A stretch of DNA of 63,361 nucleotides, counting the filler. It is 12 parts of 12 records of this genome, joined end to end, with 100 filler letters (N's around TTAATTAATTAA, not from the genome) between each part and the next. Parts side by side here need not be neighbours in the genome. Positions count along the whole stretch, not along the records: positions 46,772 to 51,501 come from SRR7504441_16529; positions 51,602 to 55,730 come from SRR7504441_16688; positions 55,831 to 63,361 come from SRR7504441_16702; 9 more parts are not named here. One strand, written 5' to 3'. Numbering within the stretch: the first letter of the stretch is position 1; the number at the start of each line of letters is the position of its first letter. Positions 46,772 through 59,132 of the stretch are shown one piece after another. The notes under the pieces were generated by a model that saw only the letters and a list, made by a program, of their open reading frames with translations, had not been told where the DNA came from and made no database searches. The position numbers were made by a program, and so were the translations under genes.

Positions 46772-48768
46772 ATCAGCCGGCGAACTTCGTTGATTTGCTC
46801 CGCGGCATCTTGGCGTCGGCCGCTCGCGGCAGTCTTTCCATCCGCTGCGTCGCCATGCGCAGAACGAGCCTGGATTTCACAATCGAATCTTTTTTGCGCC
46901 CTCACAACTGACAGCAACGGCGTCCCGTTTTGGGATCTCGCGAGAACACGCTGCGCTGGCCTGTGCGGCCCAGCGTCACCCCGCTGAGCGAAGACGGCAA
47001 CCGCCGGCGGGCCCGCCAGATCCGAGAGGCGTTCGACCAGCTGGGCCGGCAGGCCGTGCTGCCGCGAGCCGCCAGGCCGATCAGCCAGCTGGGCGGCTGG
47101 CGGCGGAGCTGGGAGGGATGCGGGACCCTGGTGCAACCAGTGGCCTTGGGGCCGGGCTGAGCTGCTGGGGACAGCCTTGTGGGAGCTGGAGGGTGTGACG
47201 GATGAGCTCGAGGATACGCAGGCAGCTGCAACCTGGAAGTTGATGCACTCGGCCAACTCTGCGGTGAGCTCGGCTGTGTGCAAATCGCCGGTTTAGCCAG
47301 TGGTGCAGGTCAAGGTGAGGTCGCAACAGGTTAGACTCGAAAGAGTTCCAGATAGGCCTGTAGGTCCACTTGTGCACAAGAAAAAGCAGACTCTTGCGCC
47401 ACTGGTACATTATCCATCGAGGTATGCTCTCACTCCCTCGAGCTGTCGGTAAGCGCTGTGACTTGCAGGCAGCCAAGCCAGGAGCCAAGCTCTCCTTCTG
47501 CTCAAGTCGTGCATGAGTCACAACTCACAACTTCATCTGATAATAGACCTGTGCTTGTCCGTTGGAAAGTTCCAAGCGAGTCGATGCGAGTGCTGTGTGA
47601 ACAGCTGCAATTGACCAAAGCCGAGAGCAAAGCTGGGAGGGTGAGCCCACCGAGGGCTCCAAGCAGAGAAACTGGAGGCAAAGCCGGAACCGTGAGCCCA
47701 CCAAGGGCTCCTGGCGGAGAAGCTGGGAGCAAAGCTGGAAGCGTGAGCCCGACAAGGGCTCCAAGCAGAGCTGGGACAAGGGCTCCAAGCAGAGCTGGGA
47801 CTTCGAGGGGTGTTAGGAGGCGCCGTGAAGCCAGAAAACTTCGACCGGTTGCTACACCACAAGCTATGTCACGTTCCAATCCTAAAAGTCGCAGCGCATT
47901 TCTGCCCTGGATGGAGGCCAAAGGCAAGCTGACAATGGATTGGCTCAGGCAGATTGATGATAGCAACACGGTCCCTGTGGTGGATGCGCAGACTGAGCTC
48001 AAGGAGCAACTATTGCAACTCATTGGCATGCTAAGCTCGAGCAGAAAGGAACACTTGGACCGACATGGCATTTTACGAGCCCTCAAAAGCGCACACACGC
48101 AGGCGAGTGCTTGCCACATCTACACTGCAGGCATGGTGGCGAGGCGTGTTGGCTAGAGAGCGCGTCCGTGCTAAGATACGGGATATACGACATGGCGTAG
48201 AAACAGCTGCCGCGCTTATCATTCAGAGAACAGCCCGCCACTATGTTTGCTTCTCTAGGTATCATCGATGGCGTAAGTCCGTGGGCATAATCACTCAGTG
48301 GTGGCGTAAAATTGCTGACTTGGACCCAGACTCTATTGACACAGGCGAGTTTTTAGCTTTGGTCAAGGAGCTCAAGTATCCCCAATTTGGGATATCTTAC
48401 TCCACTGCGCTCCACGTGTTTATTTGCTGCAATGCCGATGAGGTCTCTGGGTTCTTTGATGGTGAGGTGAGTACACTCTTGAAAGACTAGTTGCAAGCCC
48501 TTGACCCCATATCACATTTCTGCCTAATGTTGCCAATAGTGAGTTATAGTTTGTGATTTCTGGCGTGTTGTTGCAGATTTCTGGTGATCTGGAGGAGGCT
48601 TTTCAGATGGAGTTCGATGAATTTGAAGGAACTTTTGTGCAGTTTGCTATGTCGATCTATCATGCTCAAAAGGGAGGCGGGAAAAAGAGCTTTGCAAAAG
48701 TTCTCACGGCCTTCATTGAAAAAGTGTTTGCAGAAGCACCCCAGAAATTGCGCTTAACCGTCGACTAA
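46772..48768 (+). CDS. IQ-motif protein, 5'-partial, exon structure uncertain
   Basis: QAWWRGVLAR, IIQRTAR, ITQWWRK; EF-like MEFDEF end. Confidence 0.55.
47620..47805 (+). repeat. Coding tandem repeat (VSPPRAPSR/KAG units)
   Basis: gtgagccc..agggctcc repeated 3-4 times. Confidence 0.85.
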
Positions 48769-48815
48769 TGCCATAATATACACCGGATTTTTAAACACAC
48801 ATTTACAATTGTAAG

Positions 48816-49685
48816 CTACAACTTTGGCCTCTTTGTTTCGTATCGGTCCACTAAGGCCTCACCTTCCTTTGTAGCTTGCACGAGCTGCTCAAGAATGCTC
48901 TTCCAGTGCCTTCGAACGAGCGTATGATTCTCGCCCTCAATGATGTTCATCTTGATCTCCAAATGCTCCTCCAGGTACCTGCCCACCTCCACCGGCACAT
49001 CCGAATCTGCGGTCCCGTGCCACGCCAAAACCGGCATTCTCTTCCCGATCCCCTCCAGCTCAAACCCCCAGTCCTTGCTCTCCAGCACGCTGTCCTGCGC
49101 CGCCCCCTCCAGTCCCTGCCGCACTGCCTCGTCCAGGTCTGCCAGCGCGATCGCCCTCCGGTCCGGCTTCTTCATCTGCTCGTACCCCTCGCGCATGCCC
49201 TGTTCGACCAGCCGCATCCGGGAGAGCGCGGCCTCCATCTCGAGCCCCTCTGCGCCGCACCCGTACATCTGGGGCACCATCCCCATCCGGCTGTACGGCC
49301 CGTCCGACGACACCAGCCCCAGCCCGCTGACCAGCCCGCCGCCCAGCCCGGCGGCGCAGGCCAGCGCGTTGGGTCCGCCGCTCGAGAAGCCGAGCACCGC
49401 CAGCTTGGAGAGGCCCAGCTCGGCGGCGAGTTGGGTCAAGTCCCCGGGGGCGGTCGCGTAGCTCCGGCCGGGCAGGAAGTCCGACTGGCCGTACCCAGGC
49501 CGATCCAGGGCGATCACACGGGCCCCGGCTGCCCGGCTCTGGGCGTCGCTGTCGGCCCAGGCCGGGGCGAACAGCCGGGAGTTGAGGTTGCCATGCAGGA
49601 AGATCACGGGGAAACCCCCCGGGTCGCCGTACTCGCGCCAGGCCAGCGCCCTGCCGTCGGCCAGCACCAGCCGCCGAAAGGCCAT
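48816..49685 (-). CDS. Alpha/beta hydrolase, intronless
   Basis: FLHG, DRPGYGQS, GFSSGG, WHGTADSDVP, GENH. Confidence 0.92.
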   Translation of the reverse strand: MAFRRLVLADGRALAWREYGDPGGFPVIFLHGNLNSRLFAPAWADSDAQSRAAGARVIALDRPGYGQSDFLPGRSYATAPGDLTQLAAELGLSKLAVLGFSSGGPNALACAAGLGGGLVSGLGLVSSDGPYSRMGMVPQMYGCGAEGLEMEAALSRMRLVEQGMREGYEQMKKPDRRAIALADLDEAVRQGLEGAAQDSVLESKDWGFELEGIGKRMPVLAWHGTADSDVPVEVGRYLEEHLEIKMNIIEGENHTLVRRHWKSILEQLVQATKEGEALVDRYETKRPKL

Positions 49686-49739
49686 GGACAACTGATGAAC
49701 CCCGCAGCTGCAGCACCGCGGGCGCGGGGGCCGGCAGCA

Positions 49740-51403
49740 ATGGTGGTGGGACGCTGGGCACGCTCCTCTCATGAGCACCCACGGGGTGGCTCTGCTGTGG
49801 GCCTTGTCGCTCTGGTGGTTCTCCTGGGGCGGCTCGCGGGCGGGAGCCCGCTCTCAGACGACGAGAGCGTGGTGCAGCTGCCGTTCGGTTCGGTCCGCGG
49901 GCTGGTCCACCCTGGCGCCCGCGAATTCCTGGGCATCCCCTTCGCTACTGCCGAGCGGTTTGGGCCGCCTGCCGCCTGGGCTGCCCACTGGGGCGCGCTG
50001 GATGCGAGGCGGTATTCAGTGCGGTGCATGCAGCCGGTGGCTCCAGGGCCTGCCAGCCCGGTCCCCATGTCCGAGCAGTGCCTGCACCTGAACATCTTCA
50101 CGCCGCGTAGCCAAGCCGGCCTGCTCCCGGTCTTGTTGTGGATCCATGGCGGGGCGCTCACCTCCGGGAGTGCGATGAGTCCGCTCTACAATGGCACCCT
50201 GCTGGCCCACAGCCAGAAGGTGGTGGTTGTGGCGATCAATTATCGGCTCAACGTGTTCGGTTTCGGCGCGATCAAAGGGGTGGACGGCCGGGTGGTGGGG
50301 GCCAACAACGGGTTCCGGGACCAGCTTGCTGGGCTGGGCTGGGTGCGAGACCATATCGCAGCGTTTGGTGGCGATAATGCCCGGGTGACTATCTTCGGTG
50401 AAAGCGCCGGCGGGCAGAGCGTGGCCGTGCACATGGTGTCGCCGCTTGCACGAGGCCTATTCCACGCGGCCATCAGTGAGAGCGCTGACGTGAGCGCTGT
50501 GTGCAGCATGGAGCAGGCACTCAGCAGGACCCGTGTGGTGGCTGCCAACGTCTCGTGTGGCAACAGCACTCTAACGTGCATGCGCTCAGCGAGTCTTTCT
50601 GCATTGACGGCCGCAGCCGGGCTTTCCGACTGGAGCTCTGCGGCTGTGGACGGAGTGGTGCTCCCAAGCGACCCGATCAGTCTGGCGGCGACAGCCCAGC
50701 GCGTCCCGTACATCCTTGGGACAAACCGAGACGAGTTCTCGCTATTCGCAGCCTTGGCGGGCGGGGTCCGTTTGAGTGCTGCTCAGGCCCGATGTGCCCT
50801 CAGCCACCTCGGGTCGAGCGTCGCAGCCCAGCTAGACGAAATCTACCCGATCATTGACGGTCAAGACAACAGGGCTGTGCTCACCAGTGCGATGTCCGAC
50901 GTGCGTAGCCGTCCTGAGCTGCGGGTGCTGAGCCGTGGGTACAGGTCATGCACTGCAGCAGCCGCCGATTCGCACTCGGGCTCACACGGTCAGGCAGTCC
51001 GCCCTGGCTGTATTCTTTCCAGCGGACTCCCGGGTGCGGCGCAGTCCACCCAGGAGTCCCAGGCGCGGCGCACTCGTTCGAGATTCCTTATGTTTTTCAA
51101 GTACTGCCTTACATCAACGGTTCTTGCCGTGTGCCCAGTGTGGATCTGAAGCTTTCGAACGCCATGGCTAATATGTGGGGCAGCTTTGCGAAAGAAGGTT
51201 TGGCGACTTGGGCGCGATTTTCTTTGGACAAACAAGAGGCAGCAGTGCTTGACATTGGCATCGACTGGCGGAGCCCGGATTTGATCGGCGGGTATCGGCG
51301 TGGGCAATGCGAGGTGATTGATCGCCTAGGACTCAACTTCCGCAACTCGTTTGATCCAATGATTTGGAACATAGAAAGGTGCTTGCGGTCGGAAACCGAT
51401 TAA
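49740..51403 (+). CDS. Carboxylesterase type B; intron 50901-50944 (approx.)
   Basis: FLGIPFA, SEQCLHLNI, WIHGG, NYRL, FGGD..TIFGESAGG, AAHSFEIPYVF. Confidence 0.93.
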
Positions 51404-51501
51404 TTAACAAAACGTGTTACTCGGTGTGTGTCACCAGTACGAGTAATAAAAGAATTAAGAAGCGGAGGTTTTTAAAACCGTTCCCGAGTCAAAAAAAAAA
51501 G

Positions 51502-51601
51502 NNNNNNNNNNNNNNNNNNNNNNNNNNNNNNNNNNNNNNNNNNNNTTAATTAATTAANNNNNNNNNNNNNNNNNNNNNNNNNNNNNNNNNNNNNNNNNNN
51601 N
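51502..51601. other. Artificial contig linker
   Basis: N44-TTAATTAATTAA-N44. Confidence 0.99.
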
Positions 51602-51709
51602 CCTCGAGGCGCTCCTCGCCTCGGTACGCTCGACGCGCTCGACGGGTCTCACAGTGAGCCGCCAGTCTTGCAGTGCACTTTGGACTCGTTCCGTTAGTGC
51701 TTCGAGGCG

Positions 51710-54700
51710 ATGGACGGCGAGCCGATGGACGGCGAGCCTGCTGCTAGCCCCCCGGTCGACGAGGCCGTATCGGCGGCACCCGGGCTGGAGTCGGCCCCGG
51801 ATCCGACCCCGGAGCCGGCCCCGGAGCCGCAGCCTGCCGCCAAGCCGACCCGGTTCACGCTCCCTGAGGGTTGGACAATCATCCAAAAGACCCGGACCGA
51901 AGGCAAGACCAAGGTGAGCCGGCCGCGGGCACGGGGACAGAGGGCTGGGGCACAGGGCACCTCAGACAAGTACTGCACCAACCCGGACGGCACCCGCCGC
52001 TTCCGCTCTCTCGTGGAGGTGCTGGAACTGGGCTGGTCTGGCCAACCCTCGGCAGGTGGCTAACTACCTTGAATGTCCCGAAAAGTACATACGGGCCCCG
52101 CGGCAGGCAGGTCCACGCCTGTGCCAGGGCTCGTCTGCCGCAGCCGCAGCGGCCAACCGGGCTTTCATGAACGGATGTCCAGAGTTCAAGTCAGCGCCGG
52201 CCCGGGGCGTGGGCTGAGCCTGGTGCAGGCTTGTCCGCCAGAACCGGTATGCGGCCGACGCCGAGGAGCTCCGGCCGACCGGCGGCGAGAAGCACATGAC
52301 TTGCTCGTGCACCCCCGAGCAGGGATGCGGCCCGGTTGGTCGCCGGGCTTGGCGTGGCACTCACCGTGCGCCAGGACTGCATGAACCGTCAGCAATTCCT
52401 CGAGTGCGAGCCGTTTGCCTGCCCGTCGCTCAAGGCTGGCGAGAAGTTTTGCGCCAACGCTGCGCTGCAAGAGAGGCGTTTTCCAAAGATAGAGCCCTTT
52501 CTAGTGGGAGACGGCAAGGGCTGGTGCGCCGGCCAGCCGTGGCCAGGCCGATGGCGGGAGTAGGGGGCTGCGTACGGGGGAGCCTGTGGCGGCGGGCACC
52601 ATGATCGGTGAGTACATGGGCGAAGTGATCACAAAGGTGAAAGCTGCATGCGCCGAGCTGAGCATATCTTGGCGGCGCAGGCTGAATGCATGAAAAGACT
52701 CTCCGATGGGAATCTGGACTTCTATTTCGCCAGCCTGACAGCCGATCTAGTGATCGATGCGGGGCCAATGGGCGGGCTGGCCAGATTCGCCAACCACTCG
52801 TGCAGTCCCAACTGTTTGATGGAGAAATGGACAGTCAGTGGGGAGCCGAGGCTGGTTCTGGTAGCCGACCGCGACTTGGCTGAGCTCGAAGAGATCACTT
52901 TCAACTACTCCGCGGACACGCTGGGCGACCACGTGACCCGGCAGCCCTGCCGGTGCGGCGCGCCCAACTGCGCAAAGTTCATTGGAGCCAAGATTGTGGA
53001 GCAGCAGCTCTCTTGGCTGGATAAATGCTCAAAACTGTTTGACGGAAGGAACAAGCCCACCATCGCCAAAGCGATCGAGCTTTTCCAGGTGCGGCCCGAC
53101 GAGCCAGCGCCGGCAGTGGTACCAGACCCTGTCAAGCTAGAGGCCTCAATATGTCATAATGACCCCGAGCCAACTGCTGAGCCTCAAGTCACTGAGGCCT
53201 CCGAAGTCAAGCCAGAGCCCCCAGAGCCACAAACTCAAGTGCCGGAGCCGCCAGTCAGCCCGCCTAAGATCGACGAGGCTGCAGTTGAGAGGGCCAGGCA
53301 GCTTGGGCTCGTTTTGAATGCCCATGTAATGGTCAAATGGGGCAAGAAGTATTACGATGCAACAATCTATGAGCTCGACTTTACGCGAAAGAAGCATCCA
53401 GTCACTGTCCACTTTGATGTCGACGACACCATCAGTCACGCGTCTCTCTCGAATGTGACACTCACTCCAGACGCAGACCCCGAGCAGGTGCCAGCTGGGA
53501 TGCAAGTCGGCTGCAGGGTGGAGGCTCAGGACTCGTACAGCCTGAACGAGCCAGACCGCTGGCACCAGGGCCGGGTAGAAAATGTCAAGCTCACCCAGAC
53601 CAAGAAAGGTGGGAGCAATCTCTTGTTCTGGGTCTATTTTCCTGCCACTGAGGAGTACCAGTGGTGCCGGCTGAACAACATTAGGTTGCCAACCCAGCCA
53701 GTAGAAGAAGTCCACCCAGCTCAGTCAGCCGAGCCTGAGGCTGCGTCTGCCGAGGAGCCCGCAGCAGAACCTGAGAGTGCCACTGGAGATGCGCCTGCAG
53801 CGGAGCCTGCGGCTGCGGCTGCAGAGGAGCCTGCAGCAGAACCTGAGAGTACTACTGGAGATGCGCCTGCAGCGGAGCCTGAGGCTGCGTTTGTCGAAGA
53901 GCCCGCAGAAGAGCCTGTCAATAGCGAGGCTGCAGCTGCAGAGGAGCCTGCAGCAGCTGAAGATGACTCACAGCCTGAAGAGTCAGCAGTTCATCAGGCG
54001 CCTGTAGTATATACGGATGAGACCATGATCATCAGGCTAGAATCTGCCATTGATGCTTGCAAAAACTGGCAACGAATCTTCAAGCAGAGGACAGCCAAAG
54101 ACGAAAAGGGCAATCCGCGGTGGCTGACCGAAGCTGAGACAGCGGAGATGATTGCAGCTGGTGCCAAGCTACCGCTGGTGATACCAGAGCTCAAGTTTCT
54201 CAAAGAGAGGGCTGCAAGGGTGAAGCCGGCCGTTGAGGCTGCGAACAAGGCCCTCACCACTGGGCAAGCTGTCAACGCAGTCGATGTGCGGTGGGTGATG
54301 GAAGAACTCCTCAAGTGCCATCCTGCAGGGATACCTGACTACACCAAGCTCAATAACCGGCTAAAGCGCTTGCTTGGTCAGGGCAAGAGCGTTGCTAGGA
54401 CTTTGTGCGAGGCGCTCGGTATTTACAGTAAGCAAAAGCTCTGGGACAAGGTGCTCATGGAACACGTGAGCGAACCAACCAGCCTCGTGTTTGTTCGCGA
54501 GAAATGCAAACGCCAGATCAAAAAGCGCAGACTAGATGAGCAAAAGCATGCAGTGGCGGTTGCTAGCAGCAGCGAATTTTCATCTTCGGGGAGAGTGCGG
54601 AAGAAGATCACTCACTTTGTGGCTGAGCCTGCCAAAAGTAAGTTCCTCTAGCGTATTAGCCCTGGGTTGGTAATGGGTTGGTGGTGTTGATTTCGGGGCT

Positions 54701-55730
54701 GTAGGTCGGGCGAATGCCGCAGAAGAGCCCAACGACAAGCCCAAAGAGAAACCCAAAGAGAAACCAAAGCCCAAGAAACGGCAGCTGGAAAACAAACTTC
54801 CGGATCTGCACTGCTTTTGCCAGTTACCGGAGTGGTGTCCGGAAAATCGTGAGCTTGCCCAATGTGATGGCTGTGAGCTCTGGTACCACTCAGAGTGTGT
54901 CGCACGTGCGAGCTCGACGCTGGCGGGTGATGGTGTAGAGACAGAGGATGCGAGTCAATTCTTTTGCCCACTTTGTGTGCATCAGCAGGGGAAGCCCACA
55001 GTTTTATTCGCTGGAACTGGCCCAACTTATAATCACGATCCCTACGTTGGAGGCTGGCCAGGCAGAGCGCCCTGGCTAGATCCTCAAAAGTTAGATCGGG
55101 CACTTGACAGCACCGGTGGGGCCAAGTTACAAGGAACTGATGCTATCAACATATGCTACACACTGCATGGGTATGTACAAGATTGGGAGACTAGGGCTGA
55201 CCAGCTAATCAAGAAGTTGAATGCATCAGATGCTCAACCAGCTGTACAAGACCACCAGAACCCTGAACCAGAAGCGGCAAACCCATGTGCTGAAGGCGAA
55301 GCAATTGCTAGTGGAGGGCCTGCACCGATGGATATTGTTGGCAGCGAGGCACCAGAGACTTCTGCTGAGGCACACACGGAGGACGCAGTGCCCGAAGAGG
55401 CAACAGAGGCGTGTGCTGAGCCAGCACAAGCACCCGATTTACCTGCGGAAAGTGCACCTGTGGTGGATACAGTTGTGGCCCCAGAACTTGAACCGTGCAG
55501 CATCACCGAGATGCGAGCCATTGGGTCTGTGCTCTGTGAGGTGAGGCGCTTTGGCAAGTGGCACAGGCTCAACCTGTGCATTGCCTGCAGGCTGCAGCAT
55601 TGGAGCTGGTCCCTAACCACCGGACTGAGGCGCTGCGGGCTGCTGGGTGGGAGCGTTCTGCTTGTCTCGCCTGCACCGCCACCAGCAAGAGCAGAGCAAA
55701 CCAAGTCCGCTCCTGGATTCGGGTAAGTGC
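51710..55730 (+). CDS. Set2/NSD/ASH1-type histone methyltransferase with N-terminal MBD, AWS-SET-postSET, Tudor-like domains, PLU-1-like helices and PHD; 3'-partial
   Basis: LPEGW..KTR..TSDKY..PDG.RRFRSLVEV; CMNR..EC; RFANHSCSPNC; EEITFNY; CRCGAPNC; HCFCQLP..QCDGCELWYHSEC. Confidence 0.85.
53722..53960 (+). repeat. Coding tandem repeat (AEEPAAEPESATGDAPAAEP)
   Basis: About 72-nt units, read directly. Confidence 0.85.
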
Positions 55731-55830
55731 NNNNNNNNNNNNNNNNNNNNNNNNNNNNNNNNNNNNNNNNNNNNTTAATTAATTAANNNNNNNNNNNNNN
55801 NNNNNNNNNNNNNNNNNNNNNNNNNNNNNN
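55731..55830. other. Artificial contig linker
   Basis: N44-TTAATTAATTAA-N44. Confidence 0.99.
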
Positions 55831-56363
55831 GTGAGCTGGACCTTGCCATGTCACACCCTCAGCCCAGCTCTAATTTAGTTAATTAATTAAAATCCAAATA
55901 AAGCTGAGATGAACGCCTTGCCTGTTCCACATTTAAGCGCATAAAAGTCATGGGATGTGCCACTGTCTCGTTTCACTCGTGCCACTAGGATAAGTATCGA
56001 TAGATAAGTGGGAGTCGGGGAGTGCGGTGCAGGATGTGGTTAAAATCGCGCACTCAAGGTTTGCCCCGCCGATTCTCCCATGCACAGGCGGGCGCAGTTA
56101 GGCGCAGCGCGCAGCGCTTAGAAAAACCAAACTATTCATGTGTACGCCCGGTACGCCTGCTCTAGATAACTCTAGACGCTACAAGCTGAGTGCGGGGTGT
56201 TAATTTGGGAGCGTCGGCGCGGCGCTCCGCCGCTTGGTGCAGTCTGTGTGTGCGGCCGCCAACCACTCCACCAAACTCAAAATATCAAATTTGCTGGCCG
56301 CCTGAGTCGCTCAAGTCGGACTGGTACCGAAGCACTTCACACAACGTATTTTGGCAGCGATCA

Positions 56364-57437
56364 TCAAGTCACATCCCCTCTCTCTCTTCTATGCGTGATA
56401 ACTCAACGTAAGTGACGCCACTATTTGTACGAGCCTGAACTCAATCCCGGAACCGAGGAGTTGTGATCCAGTTAGCATGGCTAAAGCTCTGAACCAGATA
56501 GAATCTGCAGTCCAGCTGTGCAAGTCAACGCGATCCGGTCTAGTGTGCCGGCCATTCGTGCAGTTTATGCTCCTTATAGGCGTCGATGTCAAACACAGAC
56601 TGGTCAGACCAAAGCCACACCCCCGGGTCTTTGGGGTCCGCGAGCTGCAGCCAGTCGTCAGTTTGACATTGGCTGCAGGCACCTGAAGCCCACCCTGTGT
56701 CGCCTGAGCCGGCAGCGTCTTAGCAGTACTGTGCATCCATTCGCCGATGCTGATCGGACAGCTAGGGCTTCCGGCACCCCGGCGCATGATGCGCACATTG
56801 TGACGCTTTTGCAGAGCGCGCCATACGACTGCACTCTGGGTTGCAGCGACGCTCTTCGTCTTCTTGCTCTGGGGCTCCCAGGCGGCGAGCTTCTGTTCGG
56901 TTGCCGAGCTGTTTTCCGCCGGCAGGCTACCTTGGTCGGACTCACTGCTGGGCGACGAGAGCACGAAGAGGTCATCGTCTCCCTGAAAACGCCTCATGTC
57001 ACGACGGCCAACCGAGCACAGGCCTTGCTTTGCGGGGATTGAACCACTTGAGGAATTTCCTCCAGGGTCGGGAGCGTCGGCCTGAACTGCTTCCCGGCCT
57101 CGCCAGACGGCAATCTGAACACCGAGAGCAGTCACCCACGTGCGCCGGAGCCACAGGACCGCTTGCGCTTGAAAAACAGCGTCCCGCGCTTCGAGCCTGG
57201 GCCCTCGTCGCTGCCTGCGGCGGGCGCTATCTCTGGCCACGCAATGCTCAGATAACGACCGCCCATTCGGGCACCGCCGAGTAATGTGTTGGCCCGGGCG
57301 TCGGGCAGCTGGCTCAGTGGTGTGGGGCCGGATCGCGGTCTGGGTCTAGCAGGCTCGTCGCGCTGGACGAACCGGCCCTGCGAGTCGGACCATATCTGGA
57401 AATTGATATCCAGCGGGGCTTGGTTCGACGGCCTCAT
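56364..57437 (-). CDS. Hypothetical protein, multi-intron; 3' end uncertain
   Basis: ATG head-to-head with NDK; frames linked by ~41-45-nt introns. Confidence 0.45.
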
Positions 57438-57567
57438 CTGACCGGCCTCATTCTGCCAGCGCGGCAACACACGGTGCACCTCCGAGGAGGTGGCCCCCCC
57501 GTACCACTACTCATCAGAGTGGAGCCGGAGCGGCTTTTTTTTTCCGGCGGGGTGTCTCGAAGGGCAG

Positions 57568-58338
57568 ATGCGTCGCGTGTCGAATTTGTGGCGGCGGGCG
57601 CTTGCCACCAGCCCGGAGCAGGGGCACCGGCCACTGCTCCCGGAGCACCAGGCACCCTGCAGACCGGGCCGGCTGATCCGCCGGCAGGAGCGCACGCTGG
57701 TGGCAATCAAGCCGGACGGTGTGCAGCGGCGGCTGGCCGGGGCGGTGCTCCAGCGGTTTGAAGCACGCGGGTTCAAGCTGGTGGGGCTCAAGCTGGTCAG
57801 CCCGACCCAGCGACTGGCGAAGGCGCACTATCTGGAGCACGAGCACCGGCCGTTCTACCAGCGGGCGTGTCGGTTCCTGTGCTCCGGCCCTGTGCTCGCC
57901 TCGGTCTGGGAGGGCCGAGGGGTGATAGGCGCAGTGCGAACCATGATTGGCCCGACCAACCCTCTAGAGGCCCCACCGGGCACCATCAGAGGCACCGCCC
58001 CTCCAACTGCAATGGGCCCAGCAACGGGCAGGTGACCTCGGGCTGCACTTTCGGCGCAACCTGGTGCACGCCTCGGACAGCCCGGACAGCGCAGAGCGCG
58101 AGATCGGGCTGTGGTTCCAGCCAGGAGAGTTAATTGAGTACACTGCTGGAGTGGACCGCAGACTAATCGGTCGGTTTGCAGCTGGGACGACACCCAGGCC
58201 AACTGGCTGTATGAGCTGCCCAATGCTCCGATCGATTTTGATAGAATGGACGATCCGGACGAACACCCTGGACACCTAGCCGGTGCGCCACCCTTCACAT
58301 TGCTGCGAGCAGGAGCGCAGGCCGCCCGGGACAAGTGA
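57568..58338 (+). CDS. NDK: Nucleoside diphosphate kinase with N-terminal targeting-like extension
   Basis: [31 protein letters not shown] (restored by GC-AG intron 57992-58031), [17 protein letters not shown]. Confidence 0.96.
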
Positions 58339-58531
58339 ATGACAGCTTGGAGTTCAGAACCACAAAGTAAAAGCTTGCATGATTGTGTGACACAATCATT
58401 GTATATTAAGTACCGTGACATTCGATCATAGCATTGTAGTATGCATTAGGGCCTCACGCAATCAAAGTAAGCTACACTGCTTCAATCTGGATTTAATATA
58501 GGTAGCACATTATATACCAATAAAATTTTGA

Positions 58532-59053
58532 TCATAATTGATAGCGGACCCTCGGCCGGACAATGTCCAAACCATATTTTGGGAGCCCTGCAATAACTAC
58601 AGCAGTGGCCAATACAACGACCATGAGAACAAACACCCCGGCTTGTAAGCCATCGAACCAAGCCTCGGTGCCGACGCCAGCCTTGGGAGCCTGTTCGGCC
58701 TGATCGGCCTGATCGCCCGACGCCCAGTAGTCTCCTAGTCTGTACCCAAAGAACAGTGCAGCCCCCCCAAACAGCCCCCCAAACACCGACGCTGGCAAAA
58801 CAAGCCCGGCGAATCCCGCGGAGCCTGCTGACTGCAGCACGACAAACAGGCTGGCATACGGCACCACGCCTGCATCGCCAGCATCGCCTGCATGGGTCCT
58901 CAACATTTCTGCCAGTGATCCGTCTTCGATCCCGGAGCTAGTGAAACCAGCGGCCCGTAGGCTGGCGACCGCGATCCACGGGCCACTCACAGCCCCAGCC
59001 ACCGCCCCACAGAGTGCCGCAGCCAGCGCGCCAATTGTGCGCGCTCCAGGCAT
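58532..59053 (-). CDS. IFI6/IFI27 (ISG12)-like membrane protein, intronless
   Basis: AAGFTSSGIEDGSLAEM..GVV..SLFVVLQSAG. Confidence 0.7.
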   Translation of the reverse strand: MPGARTIGALAAALCGAVAGAVSGPWIAVASLRAAGFTSSGIEDGSLAEMLRTHAGDAGDAGVVPYASLFVVLQSAGSAGFAGLVLPASVFGGLFGGAALFFGYRLGDYWASGDQADQAEQAPKAGVGTEAWFDGLQAGVFVLMVVVLATAVVIAGLPKYGLDIVRPRVRYQL

Positions 59054-59132
59054 TGCCCTGCTCCAACGACTTTGTGGGCATCACTTTCAAGCCGCGCCCG
59101 GCGTGTAAGTGCAGGGTCGGGCGCTTTGGGCG

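Noticed and set aside
48876-49739. Long antisense/overlapping ORFs (N-terminal part of the 757-aa ORF; also 31751-33193, 3966-4928 and others)
   Set aside because: Shadow frames of GC-rich genes on the opposite strand, with no recognisable motifs
6118-55830. Recurring TTAATTAATTAA within N runs as a biological repeat or CRISPR-like array
   Set aside because: Identical 100-nt N-flanked linkers with six-frame stops are a concatenation artefact. Adjacency across them (e.g. VPS8-like next to CCZ1) carries no meaning
55879-55890. TTAATTAATTAA without flanking Ns
   Set aside because: Lies in an ordinary AT-rich spacer like 29068 and 36639; no sign of a hidden join
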